Shown here one piece after another: positions 30,601 to 40,380 of a DNA stretch of 64,000 bases. The notes beneath the pieces were generated by a model that saw nothing but the letters and a program-made list of their open reading frames with translations, was not told where the DNA came from and did no database searches. The translations under genes were made by a program, and so were the position numbers. Within the stretch, counting starts at the first letter, position 1. Each line of letters begins with the position of its first letter. This DNA is from an uncultured Gemmatimonadales bacterium (lineage in GTDB: Bacteria; Gemmatimonadota; Gemmatimonadetes; Longimicrobiales; Longimicrobiaceae), in assembly GCA_963716255.1 (NCBI GenBank), contig OY970303.1, forward strand, positions 5,600,001 to 5,664,000. The letters are read 5' to 3'.

Positions 30601-31253
30601 TGCGCCTGGTGGTCCTCCGCCTTGAGGAAGTGCGCGTCGTTGGTGGCCACCACCAGGACGTTCGTTTCCTCGGCGAGCTTGAAGATGCGGCGGTTCAGCT
30701 CCACCTGCCCCTCGGAGTCGTGCCCCTGGACCTCCAGGTAGTAGCGGTCGCCGAACACCTCCTGGTGCCAGGCCACCGCCTCGCGCGCCTGGTCCCAGCG
30801 GTCCTCCATCAGGTGCTGCGCGATCTCGCCCGCCAGGCAGGCGGAGGTCACGATCAACCCCTCCGAGTGCTTCCGCAGCACCTCGCGGTCAATGCGCGGC
30901 TTGGAGTAGAAGCCCTCCGTGTAGCCGATGGAGGTGAGCTTGGTGAGGTTCTTGTAGCCCTGGAGGTCGCGGGCGAGGAGCACCAGGTGGTAGTAGCCCT
31001 TTTCCCCCTTGACCTTGCCGCGGTCGTGGCGGCTGTTGGGAGCGACGTACGCCTCCATCCCCACGATGGGCTTGATCCCCGCCTTCTTGGCCTGCTCCTG
31101 GAACACCCACGCGCCGAACATGCAGCCGTGGTCGGTGAGCGCGAGCGCCGGCTGCTCGAACTCCTTGGCGCGCTTGATGAGGTCCCCGATGCGGTTTGCG
31201 CCGTCGAGGAGCGAGTACTCGGAATGGCAGTGCAGGTGGCAGAAGCCGCACAT
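27618..31253 (-). CDS. dnaE: DNA polymerase III alpha subunit
   Basis: PHP HLHCHSEYSLLDG, GPGRGSAAGS, PDIDVDF, YGFNKSH; no intein visible. Confidence 0.97.
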   Translation of the reverse strand: MCGFCHLHCHSEYSLLDGANRIGDLIKRAKEFEQPALALTDHGCMFGAWVFQEQAKKAGIKPIVGMEAYVAPNSRHDRGKVKGEKGYYHLVLLARDLQGYKNLTKLTSIGYTEGFYSKPRIDREVLRKHSEGLIVTSACLAGEIAQHLMEDRWDQAREAVAWHQEVFGDRYYLEVQGHDSEGQVELNRRIFKLAEETNVLVVATNDAHFLKAEDHQAHDVLLCIGLGKDFADPNRMKYDDQLYFKSGPEMAERFPDRQDVLENTLRIADEVNWSYPKGYNVPAFPVQQEGFATEDEMLRAWVWSGAMKHYGPRTGGATGPVAEVRAFPEDEVRAALSAEIVERVEYEIDVITKLGYSGYFLITADFIREARRRDIPVGPGRGSAAGSIVAYCMGITDCCPIKFDLLFERFLNPERVSMPDIDVDFCFERRGEVIEYVREKYGRDAVGQIITFGTMKSRAVVKDVGRTLGFLPAETDALAKLIPNSPAYSLSVEEAIDKIPEIHDRYEKDERYRRLLDYSKTLEGLSRHSSVHAAGVVIAPGPLDEYVPICTQSTKGAGGSGESIIVTQYDMTCLEKAGMLKMDFLGLKTLTVIYDAVTAIRDRHGALRHPESGDVYARPEDIPLDDPEVYRMLARGGTAGVFQFESALATEKIRAMKADRFDDLVAANALVRPGPLDMGMDLVYIRRKLGQEKVAYPHPSLHDVLEPTYGVIVYQEQVMRIAQILGGLSLAEADVLRKAVGKKDAELIAKELGKFVEKAVEKGHDRRMIQDLADQIEAFGRYGFNKSHSAAYGLVAYQTGWLKCHYPAEFMAALMSSVVDKIDDVVAYIAQCREMGKYLPRVGREGIEVLPPHVNESNWKFNVVGEGVGKIRFGLGAIRGVGEGAVRSILAARITEGPFRSMFDLLCRIDLRLCNKRVIESLICAGALDGFDQGGGRAQLLAGLDAAFSAAQQVQRDRESVQENIFDALLGGGDTGPTAGMTEPTLPPVEKWQESDRLAREKEILGFFISGHPLDKFREDVALFERVNTGNLREFRDQKIELACVVTEAARQISKKDGSEWGRITVEDFYGTATVLAFGESWARWKDVLQQDTPILLRGAVSSRDRDEEDPPVFLDGAVRMAELRESGSVGVCLELGSDGADPDRIRRAKECFARYPGPGPLEVVWRNGGSLPPGDEPRLRSRTVRVAPSEVLLTELRAVLGDERVRLVRG

Positions 31254-31451
31254 AAGGGGACGGATGCCTCGCGGAGACGGACTCTGTAGGTGGCGGCGGA
31301 TCATCAAGCCATGCAACGACTTGGCCTGATGCGTTCCGGCGCGGGGAGTGTTCTTCCCCCGGGTCCGGAATATCGCCCCGGTGAGGGGTCCAGGGCAAGG
31401 GAAAACGGGTTTGTGAGCCCGGTTCAGCCGTTTCGTCAGCCGTTTCGGGGG

Positions 31452-31599
31452 GGCCGCTCCGGAGCCGGACGATACGGCCGTCCGTCTCCTGCGCGGGTCG
31501 CGGAGCCACCGGAAACAGCCCCGGTGTCTCCGCTCCGGCTGCGGGAGCCAGCCGAAACTGCCCGGCTGTCTCCCTCCGCGACATCTTCTGGGAACGGCA
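31452..31599 (+). repeat. Family B repeat, copy 3
   Basis: Three GAGCC..GTCTCC hairpins. Confidence 0.88.
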
Positions 31600-31635
31600 G
31601 GAACAGCTTCCGGCGTCGGCTTCCTCCGCGCGGTG

Positions 31636-32499
31636 TCAGTCTCCCGGCTGCCGCAGCGCCGCCAGCGGCAGGTCGCGCGCGTCCGCCCACGCCTCCCACT
31701 CCGCCGCCGTGCGCGCGCCGAGCGCCGCTTCCAGCGCCTCGCGCGTCAGCTCCGCCAAGCCCAGCTCCTCGCGCAGCCGCGCCGCGAAGTGGGGCTCCAG
31801 CGCCGCGACGGCCACGTGCCCCTCGCGCGCCGCGTACACGCCGTACGCGGGGAGCCCGCCGCCGAGCAGCCCTCCCGGAGCGGTGAGGCCGTGCCGCAGC
31901 GGGGCCGCGAGGTCCGCCGCCACCTCCGCCAGCGTCACCTCCGTGTACCCGGCCTCCGCCCCGCGCTCGCGCGCCAGCAGCAGCGCCAGCGCCGCGCCCG
32001 CCGCGCGCTCCGCGCTCGCCAGGTCGGCGAGGAGCGTGCGCGGCAGGCCGCCGGGGCCGGCGAGCCCCTGCGCGGCCTGGTAGGTGAGGTCGTGCCCCGC
32101 GCGGTCCCGCTCCGCGCCGGCATGCCCGAAGATCGCCACCTGGCAGAGCCGCGGAAACCGGGCGCGCAGCGCTTCCCATCCCAGCCCCAGCCGCTCCAGC
32201 GCCGACAGGCGCGACGAGGTGACCAGCAGGTCCGCCGCGGCGAGCAGCCCGTCCAGCGCGCCGCGCCCCGCCGGGTCCTTGAGGTCCAGCCGCAGCACCT
32301 CCTGCCCCGCCGCCAGCTTGCGGTACCACTCCGCGGAGTACGCCTCCAGCGGGTCTCCCGCCGGCGGCTCCACCTTCACGACGCGCGCCCCGAGCGCGCG
32401 CAGCCGCGCGCACGCGACCGGCCCCGGCACGTTGGCCGCCAGCGAGACGACGCCGAAGCCGTGCAGGGGTAGGAAAGCCGAGGTCGTGTGGGAGTGCAT
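31636..32499 (-). CDS. CaiB/BaiF family CoA transferase
   Basis: NVPGP..LGARVVKVEPPAGDP, LDLK, AGHDLTY, AALEPHF. Confidence 0.88.
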   Translation of the reverse strand: MHSHTTSAFLPLHGFGVVSLAANVPGPVACARLRALGARVVKVEPPAGDPLEAYSAEWYRKLAAGQEVLRLDLKDPAGRGALDGLLAAADLLVTSSRLSALERLGLGWEALRARFPRLCQVAIFGHAGAERDRAGHDLTYQAAQGLAGPGGLPRTLLADLASAERAAGAALALLLARERGAEAGYTEVTLAEVAADLAAPLRHGLTAPGGLLGGGLPAYGVYAAREGHVAVAALEPHFAARLREELGLAELTREALEAALGARTAAEWEAWADARDLPLAALRQPGD

Positions 32500-32551
32500 G
32501 GCAGCGAAGGCAGTGAGGAGAGTGGCGAAACCCGAGGGATACCACGGAGCC

Positions 32552-32686
32552 GCGTGAGGGATTCCGGCCCGAAGGGGCGAGACCCGGCGGCAGTTTGCCG
32601 GGGCTCGACTCCGTTGAGCAGCGTCGTTTGCTGCTCTACGGAGCCGAAGCCCGACCCCGGCGCCAGCCGGGGGCACGCCCGACCCC
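32552..32686 (+). repeat. Family A repeat, copy 7
   Basis: Inner stem GAGCAGC/GCTGCTC. Confidence 0.95.
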
Positions 32687-32770
32687 CGCAGTTACCCCCC
32701 GTGCAGTAAAACGTCAAGGGCGCCCCAAAAACCGGGACGCCCTCGACGATGCCGAAGACGGAAAGAGAGA

Positions 32771-34726
32771 TCAGCCGCTCGCGCCCACCTTGGTCGCCAC
32801 CCGCTCGCCCGAGACCGGCGTGTCCAGCGGCACCTGCGGCCCGGTGCGCACCTTGAGCCCGCCGTCGGGAATCGCCTGGATGGCCCCCTCCTCCAGCCAC
32901 GCGTACTTGCCCTTGAGCACGTCCTGCGCGACCCGGTACGTGGGATCGTCCGCGTTGGACCACAGCTCGTTGAACAGCTTGCGGATGCGGAGCCGCGCCC
33001 GCAGGCAGGCCAGGTCCGCCAGCCGCATCGCCTCCGCGCCGTGCGGCAGGCTCTTCATGCTCTGCGCGCGCACGCACGACGCCGAGATGGCGTACAGCTC
33101 CGCGCCGATGTCCACGAAGCGGCCCAGCAGCGCCTGCTTGCGCTCCAGCTTGCCCTGGTAGGTCGCCATCGCGCGGAACATGCTGCGGGCCAGCTTGCGC
33201 GAGGTCCGTTCGGCGTAGCGCAGGTGCTTCGCCAGCCGCCCGAACTCGCCGTACGAGGGGAGCTGCCCCCGCCCGAAGAACTGCTTGGGCAGCCACCCGG
33301 CGTAGAAGACACCCGCCTTCGCCATGGCGCCCACCTTGGTTCCCACGCTGGCCTTGGGGTTGATCAGCTCGCCGGCCACCGACAGGTGCGTGTCCACCGC
33401 CTCGCGGGCGATGAACAGGCGCATGATCTCCGAGGAGCCCTCGAAGATGCGGTTGATGCGGAAGTCGCGCAGCATGCGCTCCACCGCGATGGGGAGCTCG
33501 CCGCGCGCCGCCAGCGAGTCCGCGGTCTCGTAGCCGCGGCCGCCGCGGATCTGGAGCAGGTCGTCCACGATCCGCCAGCCGATCTCCGTGGTCCACAGCT
33601 TGGCGATGGCCGCCTCCAGGCGGATGTCGTTGCGCGCCTGGTCGGCCAGCGCGGACGACAGCTCGGCCATGGACTCGATGGCGAAGGTGTCCGCCGCCAT
33701 GCCGCCCAGCATCTGCGCAACCGCGTCGTGCTTGCCCACCGGGGCGCCCCACTGCACCCGCTCCGCCGCCCACTTGCGCGCGATCTCCACCGCCACCTTG
33801 GCGCCGTACGCGGCGCTCATGGGCAGGGTGAGGCGGCCGGTGTTCAGCGTCATCAGCGCCAGCTTCAGCCCCTTGCCCTCGCCCCAGATGATGTTCTCGC
33901 GGGGGACGCGGACGTTGTCGAAGCGGATCACCGCGTTCTGGATGGCCTTGAGGCCCAGGAAGCGGCAGCGGTGGGTGATCTCCACCCCCGGCGTGTCCAC
34001 CTCCACCACGAACGCGCTGATCTGGGGGATCTCCTTGCCGTTCTTGAGCTTGGGAGGGGTCCGCGCCATCACCACCAGGAGCTCGGCGATGGTGCCGTTG
34101 GTGCACCACAGCTTCTCGCCGTTGATGATGAACGCCGAGCCGTCCTCGGTGGGGGTGGCGGTGGTGGTCATCGCCGCCGGGTCCGAGCCCACCTCCGGCT
34201 CCGTCAGCGCGAACGCCGAGATGGCGCCCTTGGCCAGGCGCGGCAGGTACTTCTTCTTCTGCTCCGGCGTCCCGAACATCTTCAGCGGCTGCGGCACCCC
34301 GATGGACTGGTGGGCCGACAGGAGCGCGGTGAGGTTGCCGTCCTTGCTGGTGACCATGCCGATGGTGCGGCCGTACCCCACCTGCGACAGCCCGATGCCG
34401 CCGTACTCCTCGGGGATCTTGAGCCCGAAGGCGCCCAGCTCGCGCAGCCCGTCCACCATCTCCGGCGGGAGCTCCCCGGTCCGGTCGATGGCGTCCGAGT
34501 CCACCTCCTCCTCCATGAAGCGGCGCAGCTTCGCGATGTACGCGTCCGTCTTGCGCTTGTCCTCGGCGGCCTGCTGCGGGTACGGGTCGATCAGGTCCAG
34601 GCGGAAGTTCCCCAGGAACAGCTCGCGCACGAAGCTCGGCGCCGTCCACTCGGTCTCGCGAGCGGCCTCGGCGACGTCGCGCGACTCCTGCTCGCTGGGA
34701 GCGTTCCGGCCGTTGGTCTCACTCAT
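32771..34726 (-). CDS. Acyl-CoA dehydrogenase (long, VLCAD-like)
   Basis: FALTEPEVGSD, NGEKLWCTNG, QIRGGRGY, RIFEGSSEI. Confidence 0.93.
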   Translation of the reverse strand: MSETNGRNAPSEQESRDVAEAARETEWTAPSFVRELFLGNFRLDLIDPYPQQAAEDKRKTDAYIAKLRRFMEEEVDSDAIDRTGELPPEMVDGLRELGAFGLKIPEEYGGIGLSQVGYGRTIGMVTSKDGNLTALLSAHQSIGVPQPLKMFGTPEQKKKYLPRLAKGAISAFALTEPEVGSDPAAMTTTATPTEDGSAFIINGEKLWCTNGTIAELLVVMARTPPKLKNGKEIPQISAFVVEVDTPGVEITHRCRFLGLKAIQNAVIRFDNVRVPRENIIWGEGKGLKLALMTLNTGRLTLPMSAAYGAKVAVEIARKWAAERVQWGAPVGKHDAVAQMLGGMAADTFAIESMAELSSALADQARNDIRLEAAIAKLWTTEIGWRIVDDLLQIRGGRGYETADSLAARGELPIAVERMLRDFRINRIFEGSSEIMRLFIAREAVDTHLSVAGELINPKASVGTKVGAMAKAGVFYAGWLPKQFFGRGQLPSYGEFGRLAKHLRYAERTSRKLARSMFRAMATYQGKLERKQALLGRFVDIGAELYAISASCVRAQSMKSLPHGAEAMRLADLACLRARLRIRKLFNELWSNADDPTYRVAQDVLKGKYAWLEEGAIQAIPDGGLKVRTGPQVPLDTPVSGERVATKVGASG

Positions 34727-35104
34727 CAGTCCACTCTCCTCGGTGTGGGATCGGTACCCGCCGCGCGGCCGCTGTCGCACCGTCGGCCGCTCTGCGATCT
34801 CAACTTAGGAGTGAGCCAGGTTCAGGCAATAGACGGTCCGGAAAGAGGCGCGGGCGAAGCCCCGCCGGTGCATGTGCGCGGGCGGCCCGCGGTGTTCGCG
34901 CCCCCTTTGCACCCATCGTTGGTGGCGCCTTTGGGGCCTGTCCACGGGGCGATTTCGGAACGTGACGGATTTCGTATGAGGAAAGTCCCCAAAAGATCGA
35001 ATATTGGGATAAAAGGATTGGGTGCGTCCCCGGAAGGAGGGCTAGCTTACCACCAGGCTCGCCAAAGCTCCGGTGTAAACCCCCCATCACGAAGGACGCA
35101 CCCC

Positions 35105-35278
35105 ATGAAGAATGCACGCCTGCTGTGCAGCCTTGTCCTCGTCGGCGTCGCCGCCGCATGTTCCGCCGCCGCGCCCACCGGGCCGCTCCCGGACTCGCCC
35201 CGGAGCAGCACCTTCCTGGGCTCCGGGAGCGACACCCTGCCCAAGCCTCCGGCCGACACGACCAAACTGGGCGGCTGA
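35105..35278 (+). CDS. 57-aa lipoprotein/peptide precursor with one SSTFLGSGS core
   Basis: MKNARLLCSLVLVGVAAAC lipobox; PDSPR-SSTFLGSGS; GGA RBS; convergent with a TPR gene; appears in the ORF track only as the tail of a shadow ORF. Confidence 0.75.
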   Translation: MKNARLLCSLVLVGVAAACSAAAPTGPLPDSPRSSTFLGSGSDTLPKPPADTTKLGG

Positions 35279-35316
35279 ACGGCGCCGGGCCGCGCTTCCG
35301 CGGCCCGGGCCGGATC

Positions 35317-36612
35317 TCAGCCCACGGTCGCGTACTCGTCCAGGCTGCGCACGAGGTCCGTGGCCAGGCCGTCCACCTCCGAGGGGATCTCGGACGCGCG
35401 GTTCTCCTCCACCCTGCGCTCACCGCGGAGGGACTCGAGGACGGCGGCCGCGTCGTGGGCCACCATCGCCATCTGCCCCTGGGTCGCCAATGTTTCGGCC
35501 GTACGGGCGGCCTCCTCCGCCTCCGCCAGGTCGCCCAGCATCGTGGCCCCCCTGGCGAGGTCCACGAGCACGCCCGGCGCCACGCTGGGGTTCTCGTTGG
35601 CACGTGCCGCCCTCCAGATCTCCGTCCGGGCCTGGTCGAACGCCTCCCGGTCCCGCATGGCGCCGGCCGCGCGGGCGATGCTCCCGTCGAGGCCGAGCCT
35701 GTCGATGGAGGCGTGGAAGTGCGGACGGACTGCCTTGAACACCGCGAGCGCCGGGGCGAACTGCCCCCGGAGCGACCAGTAGTACGCCACGTCGTGGGCG
35801 AACGTCGGCAGGCGCGGGTTCTCCGCGTCGTACGCCTCGTAGGCGGAGCGCGCGAGCGCCTGCGTCTCGTCGTGATGCTCGCCGTGCGCGGAGATCACGA
35901 ACAGGCTGTGCAGCGACCGCGCCAGCAGGGTGCGCAGGCTGTGCCGCTTGGAAGCCCGGTAGGCGCGGATGAACAGCTGCTTGGCGACGGGGAGGTTGCC
36001 GCGCAGCAGGTACAGGTTGCCCAGCGCGTCGAACGCTTCCGCGTACGAGGCCCAGTCGCGCGCCTGGCGCGCCAGCCCGATGGTGCGGCGGAACCAGGTC
36101 TCCGACCGCGCGAGCTCCCCGCGGCGGCGGGCCACCTGGCCCACGCGCAGCCCGGCCGCCGCGTTGCCCGGGCAGGCGAAGGCCGCCGCCTGGGCGAAGG
36201 AGAGCGCGGTGGCGAGGCTTTCGCGGTTGTCGGCCCACTGCGAGATCTCGCGACAAGCGAGCATCACCTGCTCGCTGGAGGTCCCGGCGGGATCCTCGAG
36301 GATGCGCGCGATGGTGGCCAGCGCCGGCAGGATCGCGGCGTCGGGGTCGGCCGCCGCGATGGAGGCCGCGCGGCGCTTGCCCGCGTTCGGGCCGAAGAGG
36401 CCCGCACGGGACTCGGGCGGCGTGACGCTGGACCACAGGGAGATGTCGCGGACGGCCTGCCACAGGACGAGCCCCAGCTCGCCGGTGTACTCGCTGAGGA
36501 TCTCGGTTCCCTCGAGCGCTTCCGCGCCGTGCACGATCGCCGGGGGAACGTGCCACCGCCAGCGGCGGCGGGGCTTGCGGGGAGGGGCGTCGGGGCGGCG
36601 CGGCTGCTTCAT
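35317..36612 (-). CDS. TPR-like helical protein (paralog 1)
   Basis: TPR-like Ala/Gly/Leu helical pattern; shares W..TPP..RA.LF, C..I..WA..R, FA.AAA.A.P and PR.P....D motifs with 58516 and 59997. Confidence 0.82.
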   Translation of the reverse strand: MKQPRRPDAPPRKPRRRWRWHVPPAIVHGAEALEGTEILSEYTGELGLVLWQAVRDISLWSSVTPPESRAGLFGPNAGKRRAASIAAADPDAAILPALATIARILEDPAGTSSEQVMLACREISQWADNRESLATALSFAQAAAFACPGNAAAGLRVGQVARRRGELARSETWFRRTIGLARQARDWASYAEAFDALGNLYLLRGNLPVAKQLFIRAYRASKRHSLRTLLARSLHSLFVISAHGEHHDETQALARSAYEAYDAENPRLPTFAHDVAYYWSLRGQFAPALAVFKAVRPHFHASIDRLGLDGSIARAAGAMRDREAFDQARTEIWRAARANENPSVAPGVLVDLARGATMLGDLAEAEEAARTAETLATQGQMAMVAHDAAAVLESLRGERRVEENRASEIPSEVDGLATDLVRSLDEYATVG

Positions 36613-36886
36613 AAGATCAGCTCCGGACTGGGCACGGGAACCGGGAGGGAGTTTCTAGGGCTGTAGCATAGGATATAGCCGGGAGTGGAGATTTTCAATC
36701 AACTGGGGCTGCGGCAGGGCACATCCGGCGCAGAAGGAGCGGGTTGGGGCATTTCGCGTTCGGTACCGTCGAGCACCTTCCACGCAAGGTAGTCACGGCC
36801 GGGCGTTTCGTCCATGGATAGCTGTCGGGAAGTGTGGCATCGGGCGTGCGTTCCACCTCCGCCTACCCTGACCCGGAGCATCCGAC

Positions 36887-38395
36887 ATGAAGGTTCTCGT
36901 CACAGGCGGTACGGGGGTGGTGGGCAAGTCCGCCGTGGACCACCTCCTCCGGCGCGGGCACACCGTCCGCCTCCTTTCCCGCCACGCGGACGACGACGTC
37001 CGCCAGTGGGCCGCGGGGGTGGAGCCCCGCCCCGGCGACGTGGGCGACCCGGCGGCGCTGCGGGGCGCCGCCGACGGGTGCGACACGGTGCTGCACGTCG
37101 CGGGGATCGTGGCGGAGAGCCCTCCGGAGGCCACCTTCGACAAGGTCAACGTCCAGGGCACCCGCCACCTGGTGGAGGAGGCCGGCCGCGCCGGAGTGCG
37201 CCGCTTCGTGTACGTGTCGTCGCTGGGGGCGGAGCGGGGCGCCTCCGAATACCACCGCTCCAAGAAGGCGGCGGAGGACGTGGTCGCGGGCGAGTTCCCG
37301 GGCGAGTGGCTGGTGGTGCGCCCCGGCAACGTGTACGGCCCGGGCGACGAGGTGATCTCCCTGCTCCTCAAGATGGTTCGCACCCTCCCCGCCGTGCCGG
37401 TGGTGGGGGCGGGCGACCAGCCCTTCCAGCCCATGTGGGTGGAGGACCTGGGCGAGGCGCTCGCCATGGCGGCGGAGGGCGAGGGCGGGTCCGGCGCGGC
37501 GCTGGACATGGGCGGCCCCGAGCAGACCACCATGCGCGGCCTGTTCGACCTGCTCTCCGAGGTGACCGGCAAGAGCCCGCTGAGGATCCCCGTCCCGGAG
37601 TGGCTGGCGCGTTCGGGCGCGGGCGCCGCCGACGCGCTGGGGCTGGACCTGCCGGTCAACGCCGGCCAGGTGACCATGCTGCTGGAGGGCAACGTCGTCC
37701 CGCCGGGGCGGCCCAACGCGCTCTCTGCGGTGTTCGGGATCACGCCCACGCCGCTGCGGGAGGGTCTGTGCAAGCTGGCGGACGCACTCCCCGAGCGACT
37801 TCCTTCCGACGGTACGGGCGACCTGCACCGCCAGTGCTACTGGGCGGAGATCCGCGGGAGCCGGCTGAAGCCCCGCGACATCCTGGAACTGGTGCGCTCC
37901 GACCTGGACGGGCTGACCCCGGACGGGCTGGTGACGGCGGGCGCGGAGCCGGGGACCGAGAAGCGGATGGAGGTGGGCGAGACGCTCACGCTGGCCATCC
38001 CGCTGCGGGGGAACATCCAGGTGCGCGTGCAGGAGGTCTCGGACGACGCCGTCACCTGCGTCACCCTGGAGGGGCACCCGCTCTCGGGGGTGATCCGCTT
38101 CTCCGCGACCGGGAGCGGCGAGGCCACGCGGTTCGAGGTGCGGTCGTACACGCGGGCGTCGGGCCTGGTGGACCAGGTGGGGATGATGGTGGGCGGGCAC
38201 GCGGCGCAGCAGGCCACCTGGACGGGGATGGTGGAGGAGGTGGTGCGGCGCAGCGGGGGGCTGGCGGCGGACGGGGTGCACAGCGAGATGGACGCCGTGC
38301 CCGAGGAGGAGGCGGAGCGGATCGAGCGCTGGGTGGAGGAGATGGTGATGCGGCGGCGGCGCGGGGAGAGTCCGAGCTCGGGGGAGGGTGTGTAG
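36887..38395 (+). CDS. NAD-dependent epimerase/NDUFA9-like SDR with extra C-terminal domain
   Basis: MKVLVTGGTGVVG, YHRSK, RPGNVYG; about 190-aa C-terminal extension. Confidence 0.85.
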   Translation: MKVLVTGGTGVVGKSAVDHLLRRGHTVRLLSRHADDDVRQWAAGVEPRPGDVGDPAALRGAADGCDTVLHVAGIVAESPPEATFDKVNVQGTRHLVEEAGRAGVRRFVYVSSLGAERGASEYHRSKKAAEDVVAGEFPGEWLVVRPGNVYGPGDEVISLLLKMVRTLPAVPVVGAGDQPFQPMWVEDLGEALAMAAEGEGGSGAALDMGGPEQTTMRGLFDLLSEVTGKSPLRIPVPEWLARSGAGAADALGLDLPVNAGQVTMLLEGNVVPPGRPNALSAVFGITPTPLREGLCKLADALPERLPSDGTGDLHRQCYWAEIRGSRLKPRDILELVRSDLDGLTPDGLVTAGAEPGTEKRMEVGETLTLAIPLRGNIQVRVQEVSDDAVTCVTLEGHPLSGVIRFSATGSGEATRFEVRSYTRASGLVDQVGMMVGGHAAQQATWTGMVEEVVRRSGGLAADGVHSEMDAVPEEEAERIERWVEEMVMRRRRGESPSSGEGV

Positions 38396-38410
38396 GACGG
38401 CTTTACGGCA

Positions 38411-38545
38411 GGGTCCGGGCGTGCCCCCGGTTGGCGCCGGGGTCGGGCTTCGGCTCCGTAAGCCCGCAAACAACGCGGGCTAACGGAGTCGAGCCCGCGC
38501 AAACAGCCGCGCGGTCTCGCCCCTTCGGGCCGAAATCCCTCACGC
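38411..38545 (-). repeat. Family A repeat, copy 8
   Basis: Inner stem AGCCCGC/GCGGGCT. Confidence 0.95.
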
Positions 38546-38631
38546 GGGTCTCGCGCTGGTGTCCGCAGGCGGCCCCCTACCCCGCAAGCGGGAGAGGGGG
38601 GGCACTGCACGACGCCCCCGTCGTTGGCGCA

Positions 38632-38717
38632 CCCTCTCCCAGAATGGCGCTTCACGCTTCGCGTGAACCGGAGGAAGGACCCGGGTGGCGAGTTTCAAGC
38701 GAGCCGGGTGAGGGCCC
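38632..38717 (-). repeat. Family C REP-like repeat, overlapping the stop of the NHL gene
   Basis: Reverse complement of the family C core. Confidence 0.75.
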
Positions 38718-40221
38718 TCGCGCTGCGCGATTCGCGCAGGCGGACGGTGTCCACGCGGCCGGTGCGCAGCTCCACCGTCCGCAGGGCGTGGTTGTTGGTG
38801 TCGGCCACGTAGGCGCGGGCGCCGTCCGCGGCGACGGCGATGCCGCCGGGCTCCCAGAAGCGGGCGAGCCCGGCCGGGCCGTCGGCGAGGCCGGGGGCGC
38901 CGCTCCCGGCGAAGGCGCGGGCCTCGCGGGTGGCGGGGTCGATCCGCTTGACGCGGTGGTTGTAGGTGTCCGCCACCAGCAGCGCCCGCTCCGCGGGCCA
39001 CCAGGCCACGCCCAGCGCGTGCTGGAGCCGCGCGTCGTCGCCGGCGCCGTCGCGGTCGCCGAAGTCGAAGAGGCCGGTGCCCACGATGGTGCCCGTCCCG
39101 CCGCCCGGCGCGGCCCAGCGGATGGCGGAGGCTTCCGCGTCGGCGAAGAAGATGCGCCCGCCGTCGGTCGCCAGGCCGCTGGGCTGGGCGAGCGCCGCCA
39201 TGGCGAGCGGCGCGTCGAAAAGCTCCTCGGCGCCGGAGCCCGCGTACGGCTCCGCCCGGCCCGCGGCGGGGTCGATTCGCCAGAGCTGGTGCGGGCCGGC
39301 CATGGCCACGTACAGCGCGCCCTCCCGCCAGAGCAGGTCCCACGGCGAGTTGAGCGGCTTCGACCGCGCCGCCCCTCCTTCCTCTCGTCGCCGCGCCTGC
39401 GCGCCCGTCCCCGCCAGCGTCGACACGGCGCCGCTCGCCAGCTCCACGGCGCGCACCAGGTGGTTCTCCGTGTCGGCCACGTACAGCGTTCCCCCGGCGG
39501 CGGCCAGGCCGTGCGGGGACCGGAACTCCGCCTCGCCGGCCGCTCCGTCGGCCCACCCCGCCCGTCCGCTCCCGAAGCTCCGCAGCACCCGCCCCGACAG
39601 GCTGTCCGCGGCGAGCCGCACCTCCAGGACGCGGTGGTGTCCCGTGTCCGCCACGAAAAGGCGGCCGTCCGGCGCCGCGTGCACCTTGGCGGGAAAGCGC
39701 AGGACCCCCGGCGCGGGCGGCGCGGTCCGCGCCTCCGCCGGGAGGGGCGCGGCGGCGCCCAGCTTGCCGGTCGCGCGCGCGTCCTCCACCGCGCCGCGGA
39801 GCACCTCGGCGAGCCGGGCGGCGGTGGTCTCGCCGGCGCGCGTGTGCAGCACGTACCCGGCGGGCGAGACCACCACCAGCGTGGGCCAGGCGCGCACGGC
39901 GTACTCGCGCCAGGTGCGGAACTGCCGGTCGTTGACCACGGGGTGCCGCACGCCCAGCCGCTCGCAGGCGCGGGCCAGGTTCGCTGTGTCCCGCTCGTTG
40001 GGGAACTTGCCGCAGTGCACCCCCACCACCGCCAGCTCGTCCGCCGGAAACAAGCGCTCCACCTCGCGCAGCTCCGGGACCAGGTGGATGCAGTTGATGC
40101 AGCCATAGCTCCAGAAGTCGAGCAGCAGGACGCGCCCGCGGAAGTCGGCCAGCGACAGGCGGCGGCCGCCGGTGTGGATCCACTCCAGCTCGGGCCGGAA
40201 GTCGGGGGCGCGGACGGCCAT
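38695..40221 (-). CDS. Thioredoxin-like plus NHL-repeat protein (NHLRC2/SOQ1-like)
   Basis: LLDFWSYGCINC, GVHCGKF.NE, VRAWPT; NHL repeats ADTGHHR, ADTENH, ADTYNH. Confidence 0.9.
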   Translation of the reverse strand: MAVRAPDFRPELEWIHTGGRRLSLADFRGRVLLLDFWSYGCINCIHLVPELREVERLFPADELAVVGVHCGKFPNERDTANLARACERLGVRHPVVNDRQFRTWREYAVRAWPTLVVVSPAGYVLHTRAGETTAARLAEVLRGAVEDARATGKLGAAAPLPAEARTAPPAPGVLRFPAKVHAAPDGRLFVADTGHHRVLEVRLAADSLSGRVLRSFGSGRAGWADGAAGEAEFRSPHGLAAAGGTLYVADTENHLVRAVELASGAVSTLAGTGAQARRREEGGAARSKPLNSPWDLLWREGALYVAMAGPHQLWRIDPAAGRAEPYAGSGAEELFDAPLAMAALAQPSGLATDGGRIFFADAEASAIRWAAPGGGTGTIVGTGLFDFGDRDGAGDDARLQHALGVAWWPAERALLVADTYNHRVKRIDPATREARAFAGSGAPGLADGPAGLARFWEPGGIAVAADGARAYVADTNNHALRTVELRTGRVDTVRLRESRSARALTRLA

Positions 40222-40380
40222 GGACGCGCGGGGTCGAGAGACGCGGGGCGGGCCTGACCTGGCGCGAAAGGCAAGTTCCGAGCCCGTTTCCGGAAAGCGC
40301 GGCGGCGACATGTGTTTGGCACGATCTTCGCTTTCCGTGGCGGCGAGACCGTCGTTCACGAGAATCGCGAAGCGAGGCAC

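Noticed and set aside
27618..31253. Possible intein in dnaE
   Set aside because: Length and motif order are those of an ordinary DnaE; only short insertions, with no splicing motifs.
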